The position numbers and the translations under genes are program-made. DNA of 64,000 nucleotides. It comes from Clostridia bacterium (GTDB taxonomy: Bacteria > Bacillota > Clostridia > Oscillospirales > CAG-272). The notes beneath the pieces were generated by a model. The model was not told where the DNA came from and did no database searches. It saw nothing but the letters and a program-made list of their open reading frames with translations. Of this stretch, positions 38,733 through 48,467 are shown piece by piece. The stretch covers positions 11,022 to 75,021 of the forward strand of contig JAFTKK010000040.1 of the NCBI GenBank assembly GCA_017453325.1, given 5' to 3'. Numbering within the stretch: position 1 is the stretch's first letter; each line of letters opens with the position of its first letter.

Positions 38733-39536
38733 TTAAGCTGTTTTGAGGTCCACGGTGGCGCCTGCGGCAATGCGAACGGGGCTGCCGTCCACGGAGATCC
38801 AAACGTCGGTGGCGGTGGGATTATAGACGACGGTGCGATCTGCGGTAAACTCCAGCGAACGCAGGGCGGCATAGTAATCATAGATCTCAATGTTGGTGGC
38901 ATACCATACGTCGTCATCGCCGCCCGCCTCGGCGCAAAAGCGCTCGATGCGCTCCCAGTTGTTGTTTTTGTCAAACTCAAAGCTGTGTCCCCAAACGTAG
39001 AAAAGCGCCATGGGGTAATCGGTGGTCTTAAATTTTTCAAGCAGGTCAAAGAGCTTGGGGCTATCGTGGTGGCAGGTGGGGTGCCAGGCCATAAAATCCT
39101 CGGGCATACGGAAGCTGTCGGTCGCCTTGGTGGTGCGCGAATACTTCATGCCGAGGGGACGAAGCATATTGATGATATTCTCCGAGTAAAGACCGTAAGG
39201 ATAAGACATACCGCGCACTGGGTAGCCGCAGCAGGCCTCCAGGTTACGGCGATCCTCCATGACCTCGTAAATCAGCTCCTCATCCGAGACCTTGTCAAGA
39301 CGGGGGTGCGTCAGCGTGTGGCCCGAAATCTCGTGCCAGGTAAATTTATCGCGCACATCCTCAGCAGAAAGATATTTTTCATTGGTAAACTTACCCGAAT
39401 TGAGATGGAAGGTGCCGCGAATGCCGTGCAGATTAAAAAGCTGCACCAAGCGCAGATCAAAGGTTCTGCCATCGTCATAGCTCATGGTGAGTGCCTTTTT
39501 CTTGCCGTCTTTATAATAATTGTATCTAATCGTCAT
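38733..39536 (-). CDS. Polysaccharide deacetylase (CE4/NodB domain)
   Basis: TMSYDDG, HEISGHTLTHP, SYPYG, WGHSFEF. Confidence 0.88.
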   Translation of the reverse strand: MTIRYNYYKDGKKKALTMSYDDGRTFDLRLVQLFNLHGIRGTFHLNSGKFTNEKYLSAEDVRDKFTWHEISGHTLTHPRLDKVSDEELIYEVMEDRRNLEACCGYPVRGMSYPYGLYSENIINMLRPLGMKYSRTTKATDSFRMPEDFMAWHPTCHHDSPKLFDLLEKFKTTDYPMALFYVWGHSFEFDKNNNWERIERFCAEAGGDDDVWYATNIEIYDYYAALRSLEFTADRTVVYNPTATDVWISVDGSPVRIAAGATVDLKTA

Positions 39537-39552
39537 AATGCTCCTTTGCCGA

Positions 39553-39942
39553 TCATTCGGCGCTTTTGGTTTGATAAGCGATCTCAAACAGGGCTGCGGC
39601 GCGATCCTGCCTGCCCGTGAGGTAAAGATAGCCGAAAAGAGCCTCCATGCCCGTGGCGCTGCGGTACTCGGCTACGGTGGCGTTTTTGGGCGTGTTGGTG
39701 TGGCCAACGTTTCGGCCGCGCCGAAAGACGGCCGCCTCCTCCTCACTCAAATGCGGTAACAGCTTTGCCATGGCCGCCGCTTGCGAGGGGGCGCTGACAA
39801 AGGCGCGCGCGTGGTTATTGAGGGACTTGGAGGAGGAATGCCCCTCCCCTACCAGGCGGCGACGCACCAGCAGCTCGATCACGCTATCGCCAAAATACGC
39901 AAGTGCTGCGGTGCTGACCGTGCGAACGTCTATTTCCGTCAT
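39553..39942 (-). CDS. mrnC: Mini-ribonuclease III
   Basis: LAYFGDSV.EL, VSA..QA, RRGRN, YR.ATG.EALFGYLYL. Confidence 0.9.
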   Translation of the reverse strand: MTEIDVRTVSTAALAYFGDSVIELLVRRRLVGEGHSSSKSLNNHARAFVSAPSQAAAMAKLLPHLSEEEAAVFRRGRNVGHTNTPKNATVAEYRSATGMEALFGYLYLTGRQDRAAALFEIAYQTKSAE

Positions 39943-40646
39943 GGCGTTGGCTCCTTTGCAAAATCGGGATAGAAAAAGCGACCGGAGAGTGCAGCGGCAT
40001 TGCCCTCTTTGAGGGGGGAGGAAAGAAGCTCACCGACCAGGTGGTCACAGCAACGGAAGGCAATGGCGGAAAAATGGCCGTCATCCTCCACGGCAAGGCT
40101 ATGATAAGAGGCGTTTGGCAAGTAGGGCACCTCGTAGCGCCCGGCGAGAGGCAAACCGAAAAAATGCGAGACCGCGAGGCTGAGCAGCGACCCGTGTGCC
40201 ACAACGGCAATGCATTTTCCGCGATTTTCACGCACGATGCGCGAAATAGCGGCAGCGGCGCGCAGGCGCGCGTCGGTAAAGCTCTCACCGTTTGGCATTT
40301 GCAGCTTTTCGGGCTCCTCATGCCAGTTGTGCCAGATCTCGGGCCAGTTGGCCCTCGTCTCCGCAAAGGTCACACCGTCAAGATCACCCATATCCATTTC
40401 CCTCAGCTCATACACGGTGTGTATGGGCATTTCTCGCGTGCCGCGCACGCCCTCGGCGGTCATGACGGCACGGCAGAGCGTGCTGGCATAGATCACATCG
40501 GGGCGGATCTTGGCGAAGGGGGCGGTAAGTGCGGCGGCCTGCCGCATACCGAGTGCATTTAGGGGCTGATTGGACTTACAGCCATTATAGCAGCCGACCA
40601 GATTGTTATCTGTCTGGCCGTGTCTGATCAAGTAAAGCGTCGTCAT
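39939..40646 (-). CDS. Histidine phosphatase (phosphoglycerate mutase family)
   Basis: LIRHGQT, STLCRA..TA, LRE, GES, VAHG. Confidence 0.88.
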   Translation of the reverse strand: MTTLYLIRHGQTDNNLVGCYNGCKSNQPLNALGMRQAAALTAPFAKIRPDVIYASTLCRAVMTAEGVRGTREMPIHTVYELREMDMGDLDGVTFAETRANWPEIWHNWHEEPEKLQMPNGESFTDARLRAAAAISRIVRENRGKCIAVVAHGSLLSLAVSHFFGLPLAGRYEVPYLPNASYHSLAVEDDGHFSAIAFRCCDHLVGELLSSPLKEGNAAALSGRFFYPDFAKEPTP

Positions 40647-40757
40647 ATGCTACACCTTTCTATAGCCAAACCCACAAGATTAGAGCAGTCTCGCTTCAGT
40701 ATACCACTTGCGGCGCATCCTTGTCAAGCGTGATGAAGACAAAGAACGCCGCAGGCA

Positions 40758-43025
40758 TCAAAGGCCAATGTGCGTATATTCACCTGCGGTAAGCAAAGAC
40801 GCCTCGCGCGTGTGGCAGGTAAAGAGCAGGCATTGACCGCCCGCGCGGCAAAAGGTCTCAAGCACGCCGAGCAGATGGGCGGTGCGTTGGTCGTCGAGAT
40901 GTGCGGTCACCTCGTCAAGCAACAGAGGAAGAGGCTCCTTGGTGATGAGCTCCGCAAGACCCAGACGCAGCGCAAAATAGGCCGCGTCGCGGCATCCTGC
41001 GCTGAAATGAGAAAGCGGAAGATTCCCCTCCGGGGTGCTGACCGACACCGTAAAATCATCCGACAAGCAAAGCGCGCGGTAGCGGCCGTCGGTCAATCTT
41101 TCAAAGATGGCAGAGGCGCTTTCGGCCAAGGTGGGCAGAATGCTGCCGCGCAGCGTTTCATTTGCCTCGGCAAGCGCGTCGCTCGCCATCTTGACAGCAG
41201 CAAGACGTTGCCTTGCGGCAGCCAGCTCCTTTTCAACCTCGGTCTTTTCGGTAAGCAGGGCAGCGGGGTCGGAGGATACCGCCATCACGGCGATCTCCTC
41301 TCGCTCGGCAGCAGCCAGCTTTTCGGTAATTCCGCGCACGGTCTCGCGCAAAAAGGCGGCGCGTCGCTCAAGCTCGGCGGCATCCGCCGTGGGTGCAGGC
41401 AGCGCAGCACGCGCCGCGCGCAGCGCCCCTTCCTCGGCAGCATCAAGTCCGCTTGCCAGCGCTTCGGTGCGGCTTTTGGCATTTTCATACCGCAAACGCT
41501 CCTCGGCATAGGTGCTTTGCCGTACGGCGACACGCTCACGCAGGGCTTGAAGCTGCTGTGCGGCCTCGGCGTGTGTGCGGCAGGCGGGCAGCCCCATGGC
41601 CGCAAGCGCCTGCGCGAGCTTCTCAAAGGCCTCTCGCTCCTGCGCGGTAGCCGTCTGCAAAAGCGCGGCCGCCCTTTGCTGCACGGCGTGCGTCTCCGCA
41701 CGCTCCGCCACCTCGTCCGCATACTGCGCCAAAAGCGTGCGCAGCATCGACGGAGATTTCAGCTGCATATGGCGGTAAAAGCGACGCTCACCAAGCCAAA
41801 GCGAGATTCGCCACGCAAAAAAGAAGAGAAACAGCAAGGCAGAACCACCCGATGCCCAAAAGAGCCGGGGTAGGCGCGTTTTCAAGAGCAGCCCAAACGG
41901 GAGCAGCACCAAAGCGGCCACGGCGAGCACAATGAGCATCATGCTGCAAAAACGCTTTTTCGCGGCGAAGCTGCGCGCTTTGCGTGCGATCTTATCCACA
42001 CCGCCGTTTTGCTCAATATAGGCGGCAACGGTGTCGTTTACGAGGGTGTTTGACGCGCGGTCAAGGCGCACGGTCTCGTCGGTGCAGAGCGACACGCTTG
42101 CCTCGGCGGCAGCGTGACGGTAAAGCAGGCCGTTGGCCTCCTCCAACGCTTTGGGTGTGGGCAGGGGCTCCTGCTCCCCCGCAGTAAGGCGCGGCCTGTC
42201 GGTAAGCAAGCTTTTTTCCTCGTCTGCGGCGCGATGCCACGCATCGTAACGCGCAAGGTGACGGTCAAGCTCGGCAGCGCGGAGCATATTTTCGGCTTGC
42301 GCCAGCTCCTTGTTTTTATCCTGCAGGAGCATACTGTAGCGCGATTTATCGTTGCGCAGCACGCGCAGACGCTCGGCGTGCTCACGCGCGGCGGCAAGAG
42401 ACTCGCCCAGCGCTTCGCTTTTTTCCTCCAGCGCGGCGATCCTACCGCCGCGACCGCGGTTGTGCTGCAGCGCACGGCGTGCATCGTCAAGAATCCGTTC
42501 GGCGGTGGCAAGCTGTGCGCCACCCTCACCGAAAAAGAGCAGCTCGCCGACCGAATCCCCCGTCGTGGCGGTGGCAACGCCGTCTATTTCCGACTGGCGC
42601 ACACACACGCTGCTATGGTAAAGCGCCACAGGGAGAGACAAAAAATATTCTCCGGGGCTTTTGCCCTCGAGATCAACGGCGCTATGCGTGGTATCGCATA
42701 CCACGGAAAGCTGCTCCGCAGGCATCTCGCGCCCACCCAAGGTGTGCAAAATATAATCACGGCGCACGGTATACGTGGCTTCCTGCCAGATGAAGGTCAC
42801 GCTGCCCGCGGCACGGTGCGTTTTGCGGGAAAGGCGCTTATAGCGCTCCTCCCCGTCAGCGCCGCCGCGGCGGGGGAAGCCGTAAAACAGGAAGCGAAGC
42901 AGCGCTTGCAGCGTGCTTTTTCCACTCTCGTTCGCCCCCTCGATCAAATTCATGCCCGAGCCGAAGGTAAAGTCACGCTCGGTGAGGCAACCGAATTCCT
43001 CGGCGTAAAGATGGATCAGCTTCAT
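40758..43025 (-). CDS. YhaN/SbcE-like SMC-type AAA ATPase
   Basis: FG.L, GANESGKST, long coiled coils, central hydrophobic pair, FSAG...ALRL, LLLDE...HLD, FTCH. Confidence 0.85.
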   Translation of the reverse strand: MKLIHLYAEEFGCLTERDFTFGSGMNLIEGANESGKSTLQALLRFLFYGFPRRGGADGEERYKRLSRKTHRAAGSVTFIWQEATYTVRRDYILHTLGGREMPAEQLSVVCDTTHSAVDLEGKSPGEYFLSLPVALYHSSVCVRQSEIDGVATATTGDSVGELLFFGEGGAQLATAERILDDARRALQHNRGRGGRIAALEEKSEALGESLAAAREHAERLRVLRNDKSRYSMLLQDKNKELAQAENMLRAAELDRHLARYDAWHRAADEEKSLLTDRPRLTAGEQEPLPTPKALEEANGLLYRHAAAEASVSLCTDETVRLDRASNTLVNDTVAAYIEQNGGVDKIARKARSFAAKKRFCSMMLIVLAVAALVLLPFGLLLKTRLPRLFWASGGSALLFLFFFAWRISLWLGERRFYRHMQLKSPSMLRTLLAQYADEVAERAETHAVQQRAAALLQTATAQEREAFEKLAQALAAMGLPACRTHAEAAQQLQALRERVAVRQSTYAEERLRYENAKSRTEALASGLDAAEEGALRAARAALPAPTADAAELERRAAFLRETVRGITEKLAAAEREEIAVMAVSSDPAALLTEKTEVEKELAAARQRLAAVKMASDALAEANETLRGSILPTLAESASAIFERLTDGRYRALCLSDDFTVSVSTPEGNLPLSHFSAGCRDAAYFALRLGLAELITKEPLPLLLDEVTAHLDDQRTAHLLGVLETFCRAGGQCLLFTCHTREASLLTAGEYTHIGL

Positions 43026-44131
43026 AGAATATCCCTCCCCGCGAGGGCCGTAAAGCCAAGGCGCAGCGCCTCGGCGGCGACGGCACGCTCATCCTCATCG
43101 TCGCTCTCAAGGCGCGGCTGCATGGCGCGGTAAAACGCGCCGCGAAGCCCTAAATCCTTTTCAAGAAATGCCACATCATATAGCGGCAGGGTCTCATCGC
43201 GCACCTCAAAAAGCGCCAGCTCCGTCCCGAGACGAGACAGCGCTGCGACATCGGGCACGCAGGAGGCACTCACCGCGCCGCGCAAAATGACGCGCAGGGC
43301 GACCTCGGAGGAATACGCGGCGTCGTTCAGGGCAGCTGCAACGCGCCCGCGCACCTCCTCACCGCGATCGGCGCCCGTGCAATCCACTTCGAGTATTTCA
43401 AACCGATCGGCCGTGCTTTCAAGATGCGTCACGTTCACGCGGCCGCCATTGATCTCCACAAGATTGGCTTGTCCCGCACCGCACTCGTCAAAGCCGCGAC
43501 CGACAAGAAAGCCGCTATAGGCCACCACGGTATCGCCAAAGCGGCGCACCGGCATGGGCTTATGCACGTGTCCAAGCGCCGCATACGCAAAGCCGGAGGC
43601 GGCAAGCGCACCCGAGGTGATGGGTGCATAGGGCGAAAGAGGCGAGAGGAGATCGGCATGGGCGAGCAACAGATTGACGCGATCGGTGGGAAGCTCGGCA
43701 CGGCGCGGCAAGGTCGGCGCCTTGGCCGTTTCCCCGATAAAGGCGTAACCGTACACGTTTACCCCCAGCTCGGGCAGCTCAAAAAACGCGAGGCTCTCCT
43801 CGCGGAACAAACAAACGTTGGCGGGCAGGTCGGCCGTATCCCAAAAGGAGCCCGCGCGATAAGGATCGTGATTGCCGGGGGCGATCACCACGGGAAGGCC
43901 CACGCGGGCAAGCAGGTCAAAAAAGCGCGCTGCGGTATCGGGATCGGGCGTGGCGCTGTCAAAGCAATCACCCGCAAACAAAAGCAGGTCGACCTGCCTT
44001 TGCAGGGCATCTGCAATCACGGCCTCGAGCGCCTCAAAGGCGCGTGCGCGTCTCACCGCCGCCGCACGCGGCGAAAAGGCGGAAAAGGAGCTGCCGAGAT
44101 GCAGATCTCCCACGTGCAAAAAACGAAGCAT
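43022..44131 (-). CDS. YhaO/SbcD-like metallophosphoesterase DNA repair nuclease
   Basis: HVGDLHLG, AGDCFD, PGNHD, ALGHVH, GRGFDE.G. Confidence 0.88.
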   Translation of the reverse strand: MLRFLHVGDLHLGSSFSAFSPRAAAVRRARAFEALEAVIADALQRQVDLLLFAGDCFDSATPDPDTAARFFDLLARVGLPVVIAPGNHDPYRAGSFWDTADLPANVCLFREESLAFFELPELGVNVYGYAFIGETAKAPTLPRRAELPTDRVNLLLAHADLLSPLSPYAPITSGALAASGFAYAALGHVHKPMPVRRFGDTVVAYSGFLVGRGFDECGAGQANLVEINGGRVNVTHLESTADRFEILEVDCTGADRGEEVRGRVAAALNDAAYSSEVALRVILRGAVSASCVPDVAALSRLGTELALFEVRDETLPLYDVAFLEKDLGLRGAFYRAMQPRLESDDEDERAVAAEALRLGFTALAGRDIL

Positions 44132-44293
44132 GCCGTATCACCTCCTATAAAAGCATCATGAATTTACTGATTGAATTATATCACATTTCAACCTGCGGCG
44201 CAAGGCGCATTTCCCGCATTTTGCCGCGTGGGGTTGATTTTATTTCACTTTCGTGATAAAATAAAAGTACCACTCAACACAAAGGAGTACACG

Positions 44294-45178
44294 ATGGAAA
44301 CGATAATGGAAATCCTCGTATGGTTGGCGGGACCCGTTGTGGGTGCCGTGATCGGTATTTTTACAAACTACATCGCCGTGAAGATGCTGTTTCGCCCCTA
44401 CCGCGAAAAGTACATCGGCAAATGGCGCTTGCCCTTTACCCCCGGCATCATTCCGCGCAGACAGCCAGCGCTCGCCGCAGCCCTTGGCCGCATGGTCAGT
44501 GAAAAGCTGGTGTGCGAGGAGGATATCAAGCGTGCGCTGCTTTCCGACGAGGTGACCGAGACCGTGGTGAATGCCATATTGGCACTTCCGCCCGTGCGCG
44601 AATCGGGCGAGATGCTCCTCTCCGGCACCTACGATATCCAGCGCGAAAAGCTGCTGAATCTTTTGACCGACAAGATCGTTACCGGCATAGCCGGGCTTGA
44701 CCTCAACGACCTGCTGACGCGCGAGGGCGCAAACATTGCAGCCGGCATCAGCCAGCGCAACCCCTTGGTCGGTATGTTTTTAAACGAGGGCACGATCGCA
44801 TCGCTTGCGCCCACCCTCACCGAGCGCATTCTTGCCTTTTTGGAGGGGGACGGCAAGGTCAAGCTGCACGCGCTGCTTGACGCCGAGGCCGCCAAGCTGG
44901 AGGAAAAGCCGATCGGCGAGATGTTTGGCACGCGCGAGGAGGTAGCCCCCGTCCTTGCCTCGGTCTACCATCGCCTTGTCAGCGATCACGCCGACAATAT
45001 CGCCTCTCGCTTCCACATTGCCGAGATCGTGGAAAAGCGCGTCACGGCCATGCCCCCCGAGGATCTTGAAAAGCTGATTCTTTCGGTCATGAAAAAGGAG
45101 CTCAACGACGTCATTCAGCTTGGTGCCGTGATCGGCTTTGTGATGGGTATTTTCACGACGCTGATCAACATGATCTGA
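44294..45178 (+). CDS. DUF445 family membrane protein
   Basis: IG.FTNYIAVKMLFRP...TPGIIPRRQ; C-terminal KEL..I..GAVIGF..G. Confidence 0.85.
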   Translation: METIMEILVWLAGPVVGAVIGIFTNYIAVKMLFRPYREKYIGKWRLPFTPGIIPRRQPALAAALGRMVSEKLVCEEDIKRALLSDEVTETVVNAILALPPVRESGEMLLSGTYDIQREKLLNLLTDKIVTGIAGLDLNDLLTREGANIAAGISQRNPLVGMFLNEGTIASLAPTLTERILAFLEGDGKVKLHALLDAEAAKLEEKPIGEMFGTREEVAPVLASVYHRLVSDHADNIASRFHIAEIVEKRVTAMPPEDLEKLILSVMKKELNDVIQLGAVIGFVMGIFTTLINMI

Positions 45179-45192
45179 CACCGCCAAGGCGG

Positions 45193-45232
45193 AAAAAGCC
45201 CGCCCCTGTCTGTAGGACAGGGGCGGGCTTTT
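45193..45232. terminator. Bidirectional terminator closing spoIIIAA-AG and DUF445
   Basis: aaaaagcccgcccctgtc-tgtag-gacaggggcgggctttt. Confidence 0.8.
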
Positions 45233-45245
45233 CTTTGTACCGTGC

Positions 45246-45749
45246 TCACGATTTGCCCGTGACAAACACGCGGTTGGCAGAAATACCGAGCGTGGTGGCG
45301 ACAAGCTCGGTGAGCGTTTGCCTGACCGCCGCGCTGTTGCCGCCGCGGCACACGATGCCAACACCCCCCACAACGGGGGCGGAAATGCGCTCAAAAAGCG
45401 CCTCCTCGCTGCTGCCGGAGCCGACGAGAACGGGTTTGCCGTCTCCATCCTCGGTATATGAGACGGTATAGCCGCCCTCAAGCGTGATCATCACATCAAC
45501 ATCCCCCACGCCCTGTACCGCCTCGCACAGTGCTTTGATCTGCTTTTCGAGGTGGAGCTCATACGCTTCGACTTCAGCCACACGTGCCGCAAGGGCATCC
45601 GTGCTCTCCTCCTTTGTGCTCGTTTCACCCATGCCGCCAAGCAGCAAAAGCAACACGCCGAGCAAGCCGCCGCCGATTAAAATCCACAGCCGCCCCTTTG
45701 TGCGCACAAAGGATAAAAAACCGTGGCTTTTACTCTTATTTTCTCCCAT
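45246..45749 (-). CDS. spoIIIAG: Stage III sporulation protein AG
   Basis: TM, then LEKQIKALCEAVQGVG.V.VMITL, P.V.GV.IVC.GG, LGISANRVFV; operon position. Confidence 0.85.
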   Translation of the reverse strand: MGENKSKSHGFLSFVRTKGRLWILIGGGLLGVLLLLLGGMGETSTKEESTDALAARVAEVEAYELHLEKQIKALCEAVQGVGDVDVMITLEGGYTVSYTEDGDGKPVLVGSGSSEEALFERISAPVVGGVGIVCRGGNSAAVRQTLTELVATTLGISANRVFVTGKS

Positions 45750-46222
45750 TATCTGACCTCCGTTTCGCAATGCAATCGCGCCGAGATATCGGCGGCAATG
45801 ACGTCGGGATCCTGCAGCAGCGCCCTGCCCGACAAATAGATCTCTATCAGATGCAAATTGCCCTCGCTGTCAAAATGGACGTAAATATCCGCATCCTCCT
45901 CGGCAATACCGTATTCCTGCGACAGAAATAACGCGAGCCCCTTTTGAAGATCCTGCGCACACCCCTCCTGCACGGCGCGATCAAAGATATCCTGATAGTG
46001 CGCCTCGCTCTCCTCCGGCGCTTCACCCACCAGCTTCTCAAAGGCAAGGTCGGGGGCGGTGCCGAGCAAGGAAAAGAAGGGACGCGCAAGCAAGAGCAGC
46101 ACCGCAAGCGACACCAAAAGGCGCAACGCCGTTTTGGTACCGCTGCCCTCCCCCGGCAGCAGGAGCTCACAAAGCGCGGCCGCGAACGCAACGCCAAACA
46201 GGGCCAATACCGTGTTTCCCAT
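45749..46222 (-). CDS. spoIIIAF: Stage III sporulation protein AF-like
   Basis: Two N-terminal TMs with ELLLP motif; lies between AE and AG. Confidence 0.65.
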   Translation of the reverse strand: MGNTVLALFGVAFAAALCELLLPGEGSGTKTALRLLVSLAVLLLLARPFFSLLGTAPDLAFEKLVGEAPEESEAHYQDIFDRAVQEGCAQDLQKGLALFLSQEYGIAEEDADIYVHFDSEGNLHLIEIYLSGRALLQDPDVIAADISARLHCETEVR

Positions 46223-46230
46223 ATCTCACC

Positions 46231-47397
46231 TCATATGGCCGTTGCCGCGTGAGCAAGGAGCGTCAGAGAAAACACGGTCATCACGAACAGGCACGCGATC
46301 ACGGCAAGAAAATAGCCCCAGATGCCCGCGAGCTCACCAAGCAATCTTTCCTCCTGCGGGCAGGAAAGCAGCGACGCCACCGCGCCGCAAAGCAAAAAGG
46401 CAAGGCGCGTGATGAGCACCGACAAAAAGCAGGGCAAAAAGAGGAAAAACACCACGAAAATGCCGCCCGTGCCGACCACGCCGCGCAGATAGGATACGCT
46501 GCCCGCCACGGTGCGCAGGCTCTCGGACACCGACCCGCCCACCACGGGCAGAAAGCTGCCCGCAGCAAAGCGCACGGTGCGCAGCGCAAGTGTATCGCTC
46601 CCCTTGGCAAGCGTTTGCTGCGTGCCGAGCACAAATGTCAGCAGCATCATAAAAAAGGAAAGCCCCCACGTGAAGGTACGGCGCACAAGCGTGGCCAGCG
46701 CGCGCAAGGAGGCCTTTCCAGACACGGCATCGGTCACGGCAAGCGCCAAAAGGCCGTTTGCCACGGGAACCACCGCGCCGCTGCAAACCGTTTCCAGTAT
46801 CGCGAGAAATCCACTCATCACGCCGTGATTGGCCACCGCCGCACCGACGTTGCCTCCCATAGCATACAAAACGCCCATCAAAGGGATAAGCGAGAGGCAA
46901 AGTGCGCGAACGGTATCAAAAAAACGGTCTATTTGTGCAAATCTCGTTTCCTCTCCCGCGAAAAGCAGCCCCGTGATGGCAAGGGCTGCAATGAGCGACA
47001 CCGCGCGCCCCATGCCGCTTTGCTTTTCGAGGGTAACGGCGCGAAAGGTGGCCGAAAGCACAAGGATCCCGCAAATGCGGGCAAGGAGGGAAAGCGCATT
47101 TACCACCGTCACGCCCGTGACCTGCCCCACGACGCGAAAAACGGCTGCGGGTGTGCTGAGCTCCGCCACGCTATCGCCCACCGCCGCAAGATCCTCCGAA
47201 AAAAAGTCGGTCGGCAGCAGCTCTGCCACCTCGGGGGGAATTTCCCCCACAAACGCCTGCCACGCCTCCTGCAGCTCCGCGTTTTCGAGCGTAGCATCAC
47301 CCGTGTCGGATTGTGCTGCCACGGGGCAGGAAAGCAGCAGCAACAATCCCGCGAGGCAAACAACCAACCAAATACGTTTTTTTCCTTTTCTTGTCAT
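46231..47397 (-). CDS. spoIIIAE: Stage III sporulation protein AE
   Basis: Signal/TM-rich; RFAAGSFLPVVGGSVSES motif; operon position. Confidence 0.85.
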   Translation of the reverse strand: MTRKGKKRIWLVVCLAGLLLLLSCPVAAQSDTGDATLENAELQEAWQAFVGEIPPEVAELLPTDFFSEDLAAVGDSVAELSTPAAVFRVVGQVTGVTVVNALSLLARICGILVLSATFRAVTLEKQSGMGRAVSLIAALAITGLLFAGEETRFAQIDRFFDTVRALCLSLIPLMGVLYAMGGNVGAAVANHGVMSGFLAILETVCSGAVVPVANGLLALAVTDAVSGKASLRALATLVRRTFTWGLSFFMMLLTFVLGTQQTLAKGSDTLALRTVRFAAGSFLPVVGGSVSESLRTVAGSVSYLRGVVGTGGIFVVFFLFLPCFLSVLITRLAFLLCGAVASLLSCPQEERLLGELAGIWGYFLAVIACLFVMTVFSLTLLAHAATAI

Positions 47398-47777
47398 TTT
47401 AGCAGCTCTCCGACTATTTGTATCAGATCATCGACCAGGGGCATGGCAAGCAGCAATATCTCCAGCCTGCCGAACAGCAGCACCCCTTCCGCGATGGTGT
47501 TTTCTCCAAGATCACGGCAAAAGGCAGCAGAAAACTCGCAAACCATGCCGATGCCGACGGCACGCAGGACTGCCGTGACCAGCGCGCCGCCATCGCCAAG
47601 CGCAAAAAGCGTGCGCACGCGCGTGAGCAGCGGCGCGTAAAGCCCCAGCGCCGCCCCGAAGAGCACCAGCGTGGTAACAAGGCGCACGGGGGGCGCGGCA
47701 GCGGCACGCATTTCGCGCAGCAAAAGGATCACCATTGCCGCTAAGAGGGCGATGCCCGCAACCTGCAAAATGCTCAT
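47394..47777 (-). CDS. spoIIIAD: Stage III sporulation protein AD
   Basis: VLRAVGIG..CEFSA.FCRD.GE..IA..V...GRL.IL..A.P. Confidence 0.88.
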   Translation of the reverse strand: MSILQVAGIALLAAMVILLLREMRAAAAPPVRLVTTLVLFGAALGLYAPLLTRVRTLFALGDGGALVTAVLRAVGIGMVCEFSAAFCRDLGENTIAEGVLLFGRLEILLLAMPLVDDLIQIVGELLK

Positions 47778-47971
47778 CAGAAGCCAAAAATATCGCGCAC
47801 GGTATCAAACAAATTGCCGATCTCCTGCACGAGTATCAAAAACACCACCACGAGCCCCGCGACCGTCACGAGCGTTGCCTGCTCGTCCCTGCCGCTTTTG
47901 GAAAGGATCTGCGCCGCCACCGCGACCAAGATCCCCACGCCCGCTACGCGCAAAATCAGTCCCACATCCAT
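47777..47971 (-). CDS. spoIIIAC: Stage III sporulation protein AC
   Basis: MDVGLILRVAGVGILVAV..QIL.KSGRDEQA. Confidence 0.92.
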   Translation of the reverse strand: MDVGLILRVAGVGILVAVAAQILSKSGRDEQATLVTVAGLVVVFLILVQEIGNLFDTVRDIFGF

Positions 47972-47990
47972 GTATTTTTCTCCTCATCCT

Positions 47991-48467
47991 CTATAACAGT
48001 AGTAAAATAACCGCCACCGAGAGCGCCGGGGGCAAAAGCAGCGCCATGCGCTCCCGTCGCGCGAGATCTGCCCGCAGTACATCACAATACGGGGCAAGAC
48101 GTGCCAGATAATAATCACAGCAGCGCAGCTCCTCCTCCCGATAGCTGCCGCCAAGACGCGACGCAAATTCGCGTAAAAGACGGCAGATATCCTCGGAAAG
48201 ATACAGGCGCGTTGTGGCCAGCATGGTACCAAGATCCGCGGGCACCGCCGTCGCGCCGCAGGCGCTCAGCACCTCCTTGTCGCACGCGGCAAGAATGTGC
48301 CCCACGGGCATGGAAAAGCAATCGATCTGCAGGCGAATGAGACGCAGAAGTGCCAAAAATCCCTCGGCCTGTGCCACACGTCTTCGCTCAAAGGCGGCGA
48401 AGCATACACCCGCAAAAATGCCGCAAAGTAAGATCAGCCCGATACCGAGCCATTTAAAAAAATGCAT
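47991..48467 (-). CDS. spoIIIAB: Stage III sporulation protein AB
   Basis: FKWLG..LIL..G...G N-terminal TM, C-terminal ILLL; position after AA. Confidence 0.75.
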   Translation of the reverse strand: MHFFKWLGIGLILLCGIFAGVCFAAFERRRVAQAEGFLALLRLIRLQIDCFSMPVGHILAACDKEVLSACGATAVPADLGTMLATTRLYLSEDICRLLREFASRLGGSYREEELRCCDYYLARLAPYCDVLRADLARRERMALLLPPALSVAVILLLL

